Assembly (NCBI GenBank): GCA_016839945.1
Contig: JAEOTE010000063.1
Span: 1 to 48,440 of the forward strand
Direction of reading: 5' to 3'
Length of the DNA stretch: 48,440 nt
Source: Candidatus Heimdallarchaeota archaeon
GTDB taxonomy: Archaea > Asgardarchaeota > Heimdallarchaeia > Heimdallarchaeales > Heimdallarchaeaceae
Below, piece after piece: positions 8,514 through 18,079 of the stretch (its first letter is position 1; each line of letters opens with the position of its first letter). Below the pieces are notes generated by a model. The model was not told the origin of the DNA. It saw nothing but the letters and a program-made list of their open reading frames with translations, and made no database searches. Made by a program: the position numbers and the translations under genes.

Positions 8514-9545
8514 ATGACTACTCCTGAGCTATACGAAGCTGAATACTATGAGATATTAGATTATGACGCTCAAACCGTTCGTTGTCATCTATGTCCACAT
8601 GAATGCTTACTGGAATCAGGAGATAAAGGAGTCTGTTTAGCTCGAAAGAATATTGAGGGTGTGTTATACTCACTCACTTATGGTTTTACAGAAATGAGAA
8701 TTGACTTAATTGAAAAACAGAATGTCTATCATTTCTTTCCAGGTTCTAGAGCTCAAACTTTTGCTACATATAATTGTAATTTAGATTGCAGTTTTTGTCC
8801 AGTTCCTGAGAGAGCTCATTTTGATCCTGAAAAGAAACTGAATAAAAGATTTTCACCTGATCAAGCTGTTATGTTTGCTGTAGCATCTGGATCAAGAGTA
8901 ATAAGTTTCGGTGAATCAGAACCCCTAATTTCATATGAGTGGGTAAGAGATACCGCAAAGCTAGCAAGAGAAAGAGGATTAAAAGTACTTCTTCGAACTA
9001 ATGGATATTTCAAAGAAGCTCCAGTGAGAGAACTACTACCTTATCTTGATGCTGTTAGGATTAATATCAAAGCTTCAAATACAGAGGGATACATCAAACT
9101 TTGTGGTGGAGGGAATTTTGATCAAGTAAAAAAAATAATCAAACTTATTTACGATTCAGGAAAACTTATCGAAATATCTTTTGTTATTCATGAAGAACTA
9201 GGTAATGATGATATTGCAGCAAAAGAAATAGCTGAATGGATAGCAACTGAACTTTCTGTAGATGTTCCTTTGCATTTAACAAGATTAAAACCTGCACATA
9301 GAGTTATGCATATGCTTCCCACAAATATTAATTTGCTTGAGAAAGCTTATGCCACTGTTAAAGAACAAGGATTGTATCATGTCTATTTAGGCAATGTCCC
9401 AGATCATCAGACCAACCATACATACTGCCCAAATTGTGGTGAAGAATTAATAACAAGAACTCCTATAGGAACAGAAATAAGAAGAGTTTCTTTACAAGGA
9501 CGATGCAACAAATGTCAAGGAGATCTTAATATCATTATGTCTTGA
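8514..9545 (+). CDS. AmmeMemoRadiSam-type (AmrS/PflA-like) radical SAM enzyme
   Basis: N-terminal CHLCPHEC..GVC, CNLDCSFC, C-terminal YLGN..TYCPNC..CNKC. ATG at 8514 preferred over TTG at 8505. Confidence 0.8.
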   Translation: MTTPELYEAEYYEILDYDAQTVRCHLCPHECLLESGDKGVCLARKNIEGVLYSLTYGFTEMRIDLIEKQNVYHFFPGSRAQTFATYNCNLDCSFCPVPERAHFDPEKKLNKRFSPDQAVMFAVASGSRVISFGESEPLISYEWVRDTAKLARERGLKVLLRTNGYFKEAPVRELLPYLDAVRINIKASNTEGYIKLCGGGNFDQVKKIIKLIYDSGKLIEISFVIHEELGNDDIAAKEIAEWIATELSVDVPLHLTRLKPAHRVMHMLPTNINLLEKAYATVKEQGLYHVYLGNVPDHQTNHTYCPNCGEELITRTPIGTEIRRVSLQGRCNKCQGDLNIIMS

Positions 9546-9557
9546 CATGTAAAATTT

Positions 9558-9878
9558 CTAAATTATATTTTCTATATTAAAATCAGATATTGAGATGTTT
9601 AATTGACCTTCTAATGTTTCTGAAACTAGATCAATATAACGATGAATATCTTCTGTTCCGTCTCTAAAAGATGCTTTAAAGAGGAAATTGATTTCCACCC
9701 ATTCGGGATTAAAATAATTGGTTTCTAATCTAGGTTCTCTCTTTGGTTCCTTTTCTGCTAAATCTTTTTGTGATAGATTAAGATATAAATCAAATTCTCC
9801 ATGATCCTCATATTGTTCATCATCATTAGGTTGAGCTGTAATACCACAATAGTAATAGTAAAATCCAGCTGTTGTCAT
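9558..9878 (-). CDS. hypothetical acidic protein
   Basis: 106-aa ORF directly downstream of lonB, with an AGGTGA RBS. Confidence 0.6.
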   Translation of the reverse strand: MTTAGFYYYYCGITAQPNDDEQYEDHGEFDLYLNLSQKDLAEKEPKREPRLETNYFNPEWVEINFLFKASFRDGTEDIHRYIDLVSETLEGQLNISISDFNIENII

Positions 9879-9912
9879 TTAGAAATTTCACCTGGAGATA
9901 TGTTAGCTAAAT

Positions 9913-11865
9913 CTATTTCTTACTTTTTTTCTTATTATTCTCTTGAGGTTTAGAAAATTCAGTCGCTAATTCTTCATATTTGTTAGCAATATAATGATAA
10001 TCTGGATGTAAGGCTTCTCTAAGAACCTCATGAAAATTATGAACTGGGATGATTTCTACATCGTCTTTGTATTTTTCTTCAATCTTTACATCATCAATAT
10101 TTTGTACTGGAATAATTACTCTTTTAATCCCTGCATCAGCTGCTGCTTCAATTTTTGCAGTAGCTCCTCCAATTGGAACTACTATTCCCCTTACAGTTAA
10201 ACTTCCAGTCATTGCAGTATCTTGTCTTATAGGAGCTTTTTCAAGAGCTGAAATAATCGCGACTGCAATTGAAATCGATGCTGAATCTCCTTCAACACCA
10301 GCATGAGAAGCAACAAACTGAATGTGATAGTCAAAATCAGAAATATCTTTTCCAACATATCTCTTAACAATAGCTGAAACATTTTGGACAGCTTCTCTAG
10401 CTATTATTCTTAATTGACCAGTAGCTATAATTTTTCCTTCTCTCCTACTAAAAGCTGGTACAACTTCAGCTTCAATTGGCATAACAATACCTGAGCGTTG
10501 ATTGATGACAGCTAACCCATTTACTCGTCCAACAGCTGCATCTTGTATTTCAAATATTTTATACATTTTTCTGTCTTCAGCATAGGAATCACTTATTTGA
10601 TTTTCTAAAGTACGAGCTAATGTTTTAGACTGACGGAGTATTTCAGCTGTAACCATAGTTTCTCCTTTTTCTTTAGCTAAATCTCCAGCTGCTCTAATTA
10701 AACCTCCAAGTTCTCTTAATCTTAAAGTTAGATGATCTTTTTTATCAGCTCTTCTTTGAGCTTCATAGATAATTTCTTCTACAGCTTCATGAGTGAAATG
10801 AGGGATTTTACGATCTTTTACAATCTCTTGTGCGCAGAATCTCGCTAATCTTCTTCGGTTTTCAGGAGTGTCTGGCATTGTGTCTTTCATATAAACCTCA
10901 TAACCTGATCCTTGAATCCTTGAACGAAGAGCAGGATGCATATTTCGAGTTGTTTCGATATTTCCAGCAGCTATTAAGACAAAATTACATGGAACAGGTT
11001 CTGATCTAACCATTGCTCCACTACTTAATTCAGATTGACCTGTAATCTGCAGTTTTCCTTCTTGCATAGCTGTAAGAAGTTTTTGTTGAGTTCGCATCTC
11101 AAGGGTTCCTATTTCGTCTGTATAAAGAACACCTAAGTTCGATTTGTGGATTAAACCAGCTTCAACTCTTTCATGAGGTGGTGTTCCTAGTCCTCCACTT
11201 TGAAAGGGATCATGTCGAACATCACCAAGAAGTGCTCCTGCATGAGACCCTGTCCCATCATAAAAAGGAGCTGTATCTTTCTTACTATTATCTACTAATA
11301 ATTTTGGAACAAGCGTTTCTGTTCTTGATCTAGATTGATTGAGCATGAAAAATATAAAGAAACCAACGAACATAGCCATTAGTAATGTTTGAGGTTGCAT
11401 AGCTGTGTTACCAGCTGTAGCAATTAATGCATAACCTATAATTGCTAGAAGAATTGCTAAAGAGATGATAAATCTCTTATTCCCACTTTTTCGTGCAACT
11501 TCTGCATCCATTTCGACCTTACGAGCACCATGTCCAGCAGGTAAAGTTGCAACCCTTGGTTGATTAGGATATTTAGGATTAGGAATGCATAAAACATCAA
11601 CTAGTTCTTCTTTTGGAAGAAGCTCAGCCATTGCTTGTCCTAACATACTTTTACCAGTGCCAGGTTCACCGATTAACAATACATGTCTTCTCTGAAGAGC
11701 TGCTTTTTTAATTATTTCAACAGAATTATCTTGACCAATTACTTGATCAATTAAGCGAGGAGGTACTGATATTTCGCTAGTATCATTAAATGCAATATCG
11801 AGTAACTTTTCTCGTTTTACTTTCTGTTTGGTAGCTTTTTTAGCTTCAGAATCCATGCTCATCAC
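9913..11865 (-). CDS. lonB: archaeal membrane-anchored Lon protease
   Basis: Walker A GEPGTGKS, two-TM insertion, GDVRHDP, EGDSAS (Ser) and GGATAK (Lys) dyad. Confidence 0.96.
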   Translation of the reverse strand: MMSMDSEAKKATKQKVKREKLLDIAFNDTSEISVPPRLIDQVIGQDNSVEIIKKAALQRRHVLLIGEPGTGKSMLGQAMAELLPKEELVDVLCIPNPKYPNQPRVATLPAGHGARKVEMDAEVARKSGNKRFIISLAILLAIIGYALIATAGNTAMQPQTLLMAMFVGFFIFFMLNQSRSRTETLVPKLLVDNSKKDTAPFYDGTGSHAGALLGDVRHDPFQSGGLGTPPHERVEAGLIHKSNLGVLYTDEIGTLEMRTQQKLLTAMQEGKLQITGQSELSSGAMVRSEPVPCNFVLIAAGNIETTRNMHPALRSRIQGSGYEVYMKDTMPDTPENRRRLARFCAQEIVKDRKIPHFTHEAVEEIIYEAQRRADKKDHLTLRLRELGGLIRAAGDLAKEKGETMVTAEILRQSKTLARTLENQISDSYAEDRKMYKIFEIQDAAVGRVNGLAVINQRSGIVMPIEAEVVPAFSRREGKIIATGQLRIIAREAVQNVSAIVKRYVGKDISDFDYHIQFVASHAGVEGDSASISIAVAIISALEKAPIRQDTAMTGSLTVRGIVVPIGGATAKIEAAADAGIKRVIIPVQNIDDVKIEEKYKDDVEIIPVHNFHEVLREALHPDYHYIANKYEELATEFSKPQENNKKKSKK

Positions 11866-11886
11866 AAAGAATGTCTAATATTCAAG

Positions 11887-11921
11887 ACATATGTTGCTTT
11901 AGCTTTAATAAACATATGTTT
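11887..11921. promoter_or_regulatory. two ACATATGT palindromes flanking the probable lonB TATA box
   Basis: ACATATGT at 11887-11894 and AAACATATGTTT at 11910-11921, with TTTATTAAAG (minus strand) between and overlapping them. Confidence 0.4.
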
Positions 11922-12020
11922 TTTATCAATTTTACCTTATGAGAGAGAATTAAAAATATTAGCATAAATCAATACAAAGTCTTTAATTTAGGTGACTTAT
12001 ATTGTCTTAAATGTGGAGAA

Positions 12021-12911
12021 ATGAAAATCGTAGCAGGTCCAGCATCAAATGATTTAGCAGAAAAAATATCACAGAATCTAGGAATTACAAAATTAAATGC
12101 TGAATTCAAGTATTTTTATGATGGTGAAACATATCTCAAAGTTGATGATACTGTGACAATGGAAGATATAATTATTGTTCAATCTACAAGTCCTCCTCAA
12201 GAAAAACATCTTCTTGAATTGATTCTTATGGCTTCCACACTAAAGGATTTTGGAGCAGAAAAAATTCATGCGGTGGTTCCTTATTTGTGTTATGCAAGAG
12301 CAGACAGAAGAAGGAGAAAAGGAGAAGTTTTATCACATCATGTTATCTTAGAGATTCTTTACAAATCTGGCATAGATTCATTATTGTCTGTTAATGTTCA
12401 TAATGAGGAAGCGTTTAATCAATTCATCCCTGAACTTGAGAAATATTCTCTTAGAGCTGATTATCTGATTGCCCAAGAAATCAAAAAACTTCAGATCGAT
12501 GATTTGTTTATTGTTGGACCTGATCAAGGAAGCACAGAAAATGTTGAAATTATAGCAAAAGAGCTAAATGCACCATATGGTTTTTTTGAGAAATATCGAA
12601 ATCCTGAAAATCACAGCGTCACACTAGAAGATACAGGACTTGAATGTGGAGATAAGAACATAGTCCTGGTTGATGATATTATTACTTCTGGAACAACTGC
12701 TTTCAAGGCTATTGACTTATTATTAGAAAAGAAGTCGAAAAGTATAATTTTTGCATGTATTCATAGTTTATCCAAACCTGAAGTTTTCAACGAAATGCTC
12801 CAAAAAGGTGTGAGTGAAATTTACTCTACAAATACAATCTCTAGAAAGGACATTAAGCAAATTGATATTAGTCCTCTAATTAGCAAGTTTATTGAGGAAA
12901 AATTCCTATGA
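12021..12911 (+). CDS. prs: ribose-phosphate pyrophosphokinase (archaeal type)
   Basis: FYDGE, PYLCYAR, GPDQG, LVDDIITSGTT. Confidence 0.92.
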   Translation: MKIVAGPASNDLAEKISQNLGITKLNAEFKYFYDGETYLKVDDTVTMEDIIIVQSTSPPQEKHLLELILMASTLKDFGAEKIHAVVPYLCYARADRRRRKGEVLSHHVILEILYKSGIDSLLSVNVHNEEAFNQFIPELEKYSLRADYLIAQEIKKLQIDDLFIVGPDQGSTENVEIIAKELNAPYGFFEKYRNPENHSVTLEDTGLECGDKNIVLVDDIITSGTTAFKAIDLLLEKKSKSIIFACIHSLSKPEVFNEMLQKGVSEIYSTNTISRKDIKQIDISPLISKFIEEKFL

Positions 12912-13936
12912 GTTTATATCTAGCGTATATTAGAGGTAAATTCTTACCACTAGGTTTTGAAGAACTCTATGCATGTTTAGAAGCAGAAAATATAAACTAT
13001 GAAATAAAAAAGAAAGGAACTCAATTTATTATTTTTGAAGCAGATATTCTCCCAATAAAAGCTGTTCAAAGGTGTGCATTTTTACATTCCTTAGTAGATC
13101 TACTAGCTGAAGGCGAAATAGAAGAAGAATCAATTAAAATAAAAAAAGAATATATCATGGAATCGGTTTTAGAGAAGAAATCTTTCTGCGTGAGATTGAG
13201 TAAGATAGGAGAAAAAAAAGTTAAGCTAGCAACACCTGAAATCGAGAAACAACTAGGAAGTTTTGTTTACTCTAAATTCAAAGATTTGGATTTACCCGTA
13301 AATTTGAAAAATCCTGAATATAGATTTCAAGTTCTTCTACAAGAAAACCATTTCTTTCTTGGATTAATCTTATGGTCAGTGGACAGAGAAGAATATAATG
13401 AAAGAGAACCTAGTAAACGTCCTTCATTCAGACCAGGATCTATGAAAACAGATTTTGCAAGAGCTTTAGTTAATCTTTCGAGAGTAAAAAAAGGAGACAA
13501 TTTTTTGGATCCTTTCTGTGGAGGAGGTGGATTTATTTTAGAAGCTGCCTTCTTAGGTGCATTTTCAATTGGTTCAGACATTGATCATGAAGCTGTTTTA
13601 AGTGCAGAGAAAAACCTGAGAAAATATAAACAAGGATTTTACTCAATAGTTAAGGGTGATTCTAGGTCTATTACTTTTAGGAAAGTGCAAGCTATTGCTA
13701 CCGACCCTCCATATGCAATTCAATCCTCTACTAAAGGATTGAAGGTTGCAGATCTGATACATGATTTTCTAAGAAATGTACGACAAATACTAAATCCTGG
13801 AAGATATTTGGTTTTTAGTTGTCCATCAAAACAAAATCCTGAAGAGATTGTTTTAAACACAGGATTTACGGTAGAAACAGTTATTGACGCTCGGATACAT
13901 AAATCTTTAACAAGAAGAATACTAGTATTAAAGTGA
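12908..13936 (+). CDS. THUMP-domain tRNA m2G10 methyltransferase (Trm11/TrmG10-like)
   Basis: THUMP-like region, LDPFCGGGG SAM motif, TDPPY, HKSLTR. Confidence 0.88.
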   Translation: MSLYLAYIRGKFLPLGFEELYACLEAENINYEIKKKGTQFIIFEADILPIKAVQRCAFLHSLVDLLAEGEIEEESIKIKKEYIMESVLEKKSFCVRLSKIGEKKVKLATPEIEKQLGSFVYSKFKDLDLPVNLKNPEYRFQVLLQENHFFLGLILWSVDREEYNEREPSKRPSFRPGSMKTDFARALVNLSRVKKGDNFLDPFCGGGGFILEAAFLGAFSIGSDIDHEAVLSAEKNLRKYKQGFYSIVKGDSRSITFRKVQAIATDPPYAIQSSTKGLKVADLIHDFLRNVRQILNPGRYLVFSCPSKQNPEEIVLNTGFTVETVIDARIHKSLTRRILVLK

Positions 13937-13940
13937 TTGA

Positions 13941-14864
13941 ATGTCAGATGGAATGAAAATTACATTTCTAGGTACTTCATCAGCTCCTCCTCAAGTCGAT
14001 AGAAGGCAAAGCTCAGTTGCTATCAAATATCGAGGTCATAATCTAATAGTAGATTTGGGAGAAGCAGCTCAAGTACAGATGCTTAAACATAAAATAAGTT
14101 TCAAAAACTTAACTATTCTATTCACTCATTTGCATTCTGATCATACATTGGGTTTGATTGGTCTTCTTGCAACAAGAGGATTTTATAACATTAAGAAACC
14201 AGTAACGATAATTGGTCCTCAATGGACAAAAACCTTTGTATTTTTACAATTACTTGCTTTTCGATTCGATCCAGATTTTGAGATAAAAGTTATTGAAACA
14301 GATGGTGGAGTTGTTCTTGCCAACAGTGATTTTGTTGTAGAATCTTTCAAAGTAAACCATTCAGAGGAGAGTCTAGGGTACAAAATTGTAACACAGAAAC
14401 CATTAGGAGTATTCAATGTAGATAAAGCAAAAGAATTAGCTATACCTCGAGGGAAATTATGGAAAGAATTACAGGAAGGAAATCCTATTGAAATTGAAGG
14501 AAAAACCATCTATCCCTCTGAAGTTCTAGATAAGTCTCCAACAAAACAAATTAAAGTTGTAATAACAGGAGACACGACTTTGGATCACAATGTTATTAAC
14601 AATTCAGCTGAAGCAGATTTACTCATCCATGACGCGACTTATCCTCCCTCTGAAGTTGAGAGATCAAAGAAATATAAGCATTCAACATGTTTAGATGCAG
14701 CTTTTGTTGCAAAGAAAGCAAATGTCAAAAAACTTGTTTTAACCCATATCTCTGAACTCCACAAGAATTTAGAAGATTCTTTAAGAGCTGCTCAAGAGAT
14801 ATTTCCAAATAGTGTTATGGCAGAAGATGGGTTGGAAATTGAATTAAGTTCTAGAGAGAATTAA
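13941..14864 (+). CDS. rnz: ribonuclease Z
   Basis: FLGTS, THLHSDH, exosite arm (IPRGKLWKELQEG), GDT, HST, LTHIS. Confidence 0.93.
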   Translation: MSDGMKITFLGTSSAPPQVDRRQSSVAIKYRGHNLIVDLGEAAQVQMLKHKISFKNLTILFTHLHSDHTLGLIGLLATRGFYNIKKPVTIIGPQWTKTFVFLQLLAFRFDPDFEIKVIETDGGVVLANSDFVVESFKVNHSEESLGYKIVTQKPLGVFNVDKAKELAIPRGKLWKELQEGNPIEIEGKTIYPSEVLDKSPTKQIKVVITGDTTLDHNVINNSAEADLLIHDATYPPSEVERSKKYKHSTCLDAAFVAKKANVKKLVLTHISELHKNLEDSLRAAQEIFPNSVMAEDGLEIELSSREN

Positions 14865-15300
14865 TCTCATTGAATTTTCTTGGAATTTGTTCTTTACCAC
14901 CAATAGTTTGAGGTGCTATCCAATCTAAAATTTTTTCAGGATAACTACCAAATATCCATAACTCAACATTACCTAATGGTGATGTTGTATCAGCTGTTAC
15001 AGCTGCAAGTTTTCCTGAATACAGAGCTTGTTTATGTAGATTAAAAACAAGAGCAGAACTTGAATAATCCAATATTGCACAGCTTCTAACTGTATCAAGT
15101 ATTTCAGTCTCTCTAATATAATTAAAAAAATCCTGAATTTTATCAACTGAACAATCTTCAGTTTTTAGAAATCTTTTACCAGAGATAACCTCTTCTGATA
15201 TTTCAGGAATATACCCTAATAAATTATTGATACATGTTACTAATTTTGATTTGTTTTCAGTGGAGTAGAAAGGAATTCTAACGTTGATTTTCACATTCAT
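14851..15300 (-). CDS. DUF54/UPF0201 RNA-binding-like protein
   Basis: TExxxK..NL, ILDTVR, LHKQA, SPLG, WIAP.T..GK; usual neighbour of the UPF0200 kinase. Confidence 0.78.
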   Translation of the reverse strand: MNVKINVRIPFYSTENKSKLVTCINNLLGYIPEISEEVISGKRFLKTEDCSVDKIQDFFNYIRETEILDTVRSCAILDYSSSALVFNLHKQALYSGKLAAVTADTTSPLGNVELWIFGSYPEKILDWIAPQTIGGKEQIPRKFNEINSL

Positions 15301-15887
15301 TCATTATCACCTTTCTCTAATTCATTTAGAAGATCTAGAGAAAGAATTCTAAAATCGTCAAGCGTTTTATTATTAGTAATTATATAATTAGAAAATGCTA
15401 TTGTTTCTCCTAAACCTAGTTTTAGTTCTGAAATATCTCTTTTCTTAAATTCTTCTTCAGTTGTAGGAGCATCCTTTCTCCCTCTTAAACGCAATCTTTC
15501 ATATCTTAAGCTAGGGTCAACATGAATTGCAACCATAACAAAATCTTTACCTAAATGTTCTTGAAAATGAAGGACTTCTGCTTGACTTCTAATTCCATCG
15601 ATGATGATATTCTTCTTTCCTTCTTTAATCATTTTATCAATTGTTTCACATGTCAGTTGAGAAATAGCTTCCTCTCCCATCTCTTCTCTAAGTTTTATCA
15701 TCATTTTTTGACTTCTTTCTGGAGTAGGTTCAAATCCTTCTTCAACAACTTTAGCTCTAACAACATCCCCCATTACAACAATGTGATATCCTAGCTCTGT
15801 AGCATGTTCAGCAAAGACACTTTTACCTGAACCTGGCATACCTGTAACTGCTATTACTCTGATGTTATTGGAATTCATCAAACCCAA
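15297..15887 (-). CDS. UPF0200 / dephospho-CoA kinase-like P-loop protein
   Basis: GMPGSGKS, MGDVVR, IDGIRS, RxRxRGRxD, RDxxE. Confidence 0.85.
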   Translation of the reverse strand: MGLMNSNNIRVIAVTGMPGSGKSVFAEHATELGYHIVVMGDVVRAKVVEEGFEPTPERSQKMMIKLREEMGEEAISQLTCETIDKMIKEGKKNIIIDGIRSQAEVLHFQEHLGKDFVMVAIHVDPSLRYERLRLRGRKDAPTTEEEFKKRDISELKLGLGETIAFSNYIITNNKTLDDFRILSLDLLNELEKGDNE

Positions 15888-15986
15888 AAAGGAAAATAAT
15901 GCAGTAGTTAAAAATCTTGTTAAATGTGAAATTTTGCATATTCCTCGGAATAAAAATTTATAAAATAGGAAAAAATTCAGTAAATA

Positions 15987-16556
15987 ATGGTTCGAACGTT
16001 TATTTCAGTTGAATTTGATGATGAAACTATTAGAAAAAATATTATAGAAATTCAAACAAAAATCAACTCTTCTGGAGCTCATCTTAGGTTAGTTAATCCA
16101 AGCATTCTACACATAACACTTGAGTTCTTAGGGGAAATTTCTGAAGATCAAGTCAAAGAAGTAGAAAAAGTGCTAGATACAATAGAATTTTCAACATTAA
16201 AATTAGAAGTAAAAGAACCAAATGTCTTACCTAATGAGAATTACATAAAAGTTGTTTATTGTGAGTTAGAAGGAGAAACAGATTCACTGAAAAGAATTCA
16301 AGAAGAAATAAGGTTAAAACTTAAAGAAAAAGGTTTTAGAGTAGATAAGAGGCCTTTCAAACCACATCTAACTATAGCTAGAGTCAAATCTCCGAAGAAT
16401 AGAAAAGAATTAATTGAAGTAATTAAAGAGATGTCTGAAACTCATAGTGGAATTCAGAAAATATCATCCATAAAATTGAAAAAATCTGTACTAAAAACAG
16501 AAGGACCTGAATACTCTACTCTTCATGAAGTTAAATCAGTAACAAAAGGTGATTAA
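15987..16556 (+). CDS. thpR: RNA 2',3'-cyclic phosphodiesterase (2H family)
   Basis: Two HxT motifs (HITLEFLG, PHLTIAR); KSVL..GPEY. Confidence 0.93.
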   Translation: MVRTFISVEFDDETIRKNIIEIQTKINSSGAHLRLVNPSILHITLEFLGEISEDQVKEVEKVLDTIEFSTLKLEVKEPNVLPNENYIKVVYCELEGETDSLKRIQEEIRLKLKEKGFRVDKRPFKPHLTIARVKSPKNRKELIEVIKEMSETHSGIQKISSIKLKKSVLKTEGPEYSTLHEVKSVTKGD

Positions 16557-18053
16557 ATGGGAGAAACTGATACAACAGATGAAAAAGAAAAGCACGAAAT
16601 AATTGAAAATCAAGTGCTAGAAGTAATCCAAGTGCAATGGGAGCAACATGAAGAAACAAGAGAAATTTTATCCATTTTGAGAGAAAAAATACAGATGGAT
16701 TTAAACTCATTAGGATACATAGGAAGGGTTGAAACTCAAGGTTCATTCGCTAGAAAAACATATCTATCAGAGGATGAAACTTTTGATTTGCTTCTGATAT
16801 TACAGAGAGAAGATAAAGCAAACGTTCACCAAATATTAGATGCGCTTGTTAAAAGACTAAAAAACGATAGAATTCGAAAACAGCCAATAACAATAGAGAA
16901 GCACACAGGTAAAATACCTTATTTAAGAATCTTAGGAGGGGGAGAATTAATCAATGTATTTGTAGGTTTTGAAATTTCTCCAGGTGAGGAAACTATATCG
17001 ATTTTTGATTTAATTCCAATGCATACTCAGTATATTCTAACCCATATGCCTGAAGAAATGAGAAAAGAAGTTTTACTCTTGAAGAAATTTGTTAAAGCAA
17101 CTGGTGTTTATCGTAGTGAGATTGGAGCTGTAGGATTCAATGGTTATCTTTGTGAATTATTAATTATCTTTTATGGTTCTTTCAGGAAAGCAATTCAATC
17201 AATTCGAAATTGGAAACCTAGAACAATTATAGATTTAAAGAGAAACCAAGAGAAAATTGAGGATGTAGATTCATTAACTACAGAAATGCTAGTAGGATAT
17301 TATCCTCTTTATGTACCTGATCCTTTGAATCCAAAGGATAATGCTGCTGCAAGTGTGTCTACAGATCAATTTAATTCTATAGCAGCAGCTGCGAATTTAT
17401 ACTATCATAACCCATCAATAGATATTTTTGAAGATCAAATGTGTGAAGTTTCTGAATTCGAGGATTTAGTTAGAAAAATAGTAAACTCTGGAAAAGAAGT
17501 AGTAGTTCTAGCTCTTAGAAGAGAATTCAAAGAAGCAGAAGTGTGTTGGCAAAAAGCTTTGAGCATAAAATCAGCTTTTGAATCAGAATTACATAATAAT
17601 AACTACATCTTGGAGAGGACTAAACCTTTTGTATGTGATGAATATTTTGGTATTTTTATCAGTTTAATGAATGTAAATCCAAGAATATCTCTTAGAAAAG
17701 AAGGACCAGAAATAACTTCAGGTGATTCAATTAAATTCTTAAGAAGATACACAAAACATGCAGATGTAGTAGCGGGACCTTTTATAGATGATGAAAAATG
17801 GGTAATTCACTTCACAAAGAAAGGTCAAAATATATACGATTTCTTGCAGAATTTAGTAAAGAAAAATACATTTGTACTGAATGTAGATTCTTTTCTTAAG
17901 GTAGAAATAAAAGAAAAAATGTTGGTTCTTGGAGTAGATGGAGAACTTAGCAATATCTATGAAACAGATTCATCTTTTGCTGAAAGTTTCTTTTTATTCA
18001 TAGAGCGAAAACCTCTTTGGATATGTAATCTTAAGGAAACAGAAGTTAGTTAA
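16557..18053 (+). CDS. cca: class I (archaeal) CCA-adding enzyme homolog with degenerate active site
   Basis: GSFARKTYL, EVLLLKKF.K..GVY..E..GFNGYLCELLI.FYGSF, DP.NP, GP motifs; position next to thpR. Catalytic acidic residues are altered. Confidence 0.82.
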   Translation: MGETDTTDEKEKHEIIENQVLEVIQVQWEQHEETREILSILREKIQMDLNSLGYIGRVETQGSFARKTYLSEDETFDLLLILQREDKANVHQILDALVKRLKNDRIRKQPITIEKHTGKIPYLRILGGGELINVFVGFEISPGEETISIFDLIPMHTQYILTHMPEEMRKEVLLLKKFVKATGVYRSEIGAVGFNGYLCELLIIFYGSFRKAIQSIRNWKPRTIIDLKRNQEKIEDVDSLTTEMLVGYYPLYVPDPLNPKDNAAASVSTDQFNSIAAAANLYYHNPSIDIFEDQMCEVSEFEDLVRKIVNSGKEVVVLALRREFKEAEVCWQKALSIKSAFESELHNNNYILERTKPFVCDEYFGIFISLMNVNPRISLRKEGPEITSGDSIKFLRRYTKHADVVAGPFIDDEKWVIHFTKKGQNIYDFLQNLVKKNTFVLNVDSFLKVEIKEKMLVLGVDGELSNIYETDSSFAESFFLFIERKPLWICNLKETEVS

Positions 18054-18079
18054 AAAAAGAAAAAGAAAAAGGAAGATGT

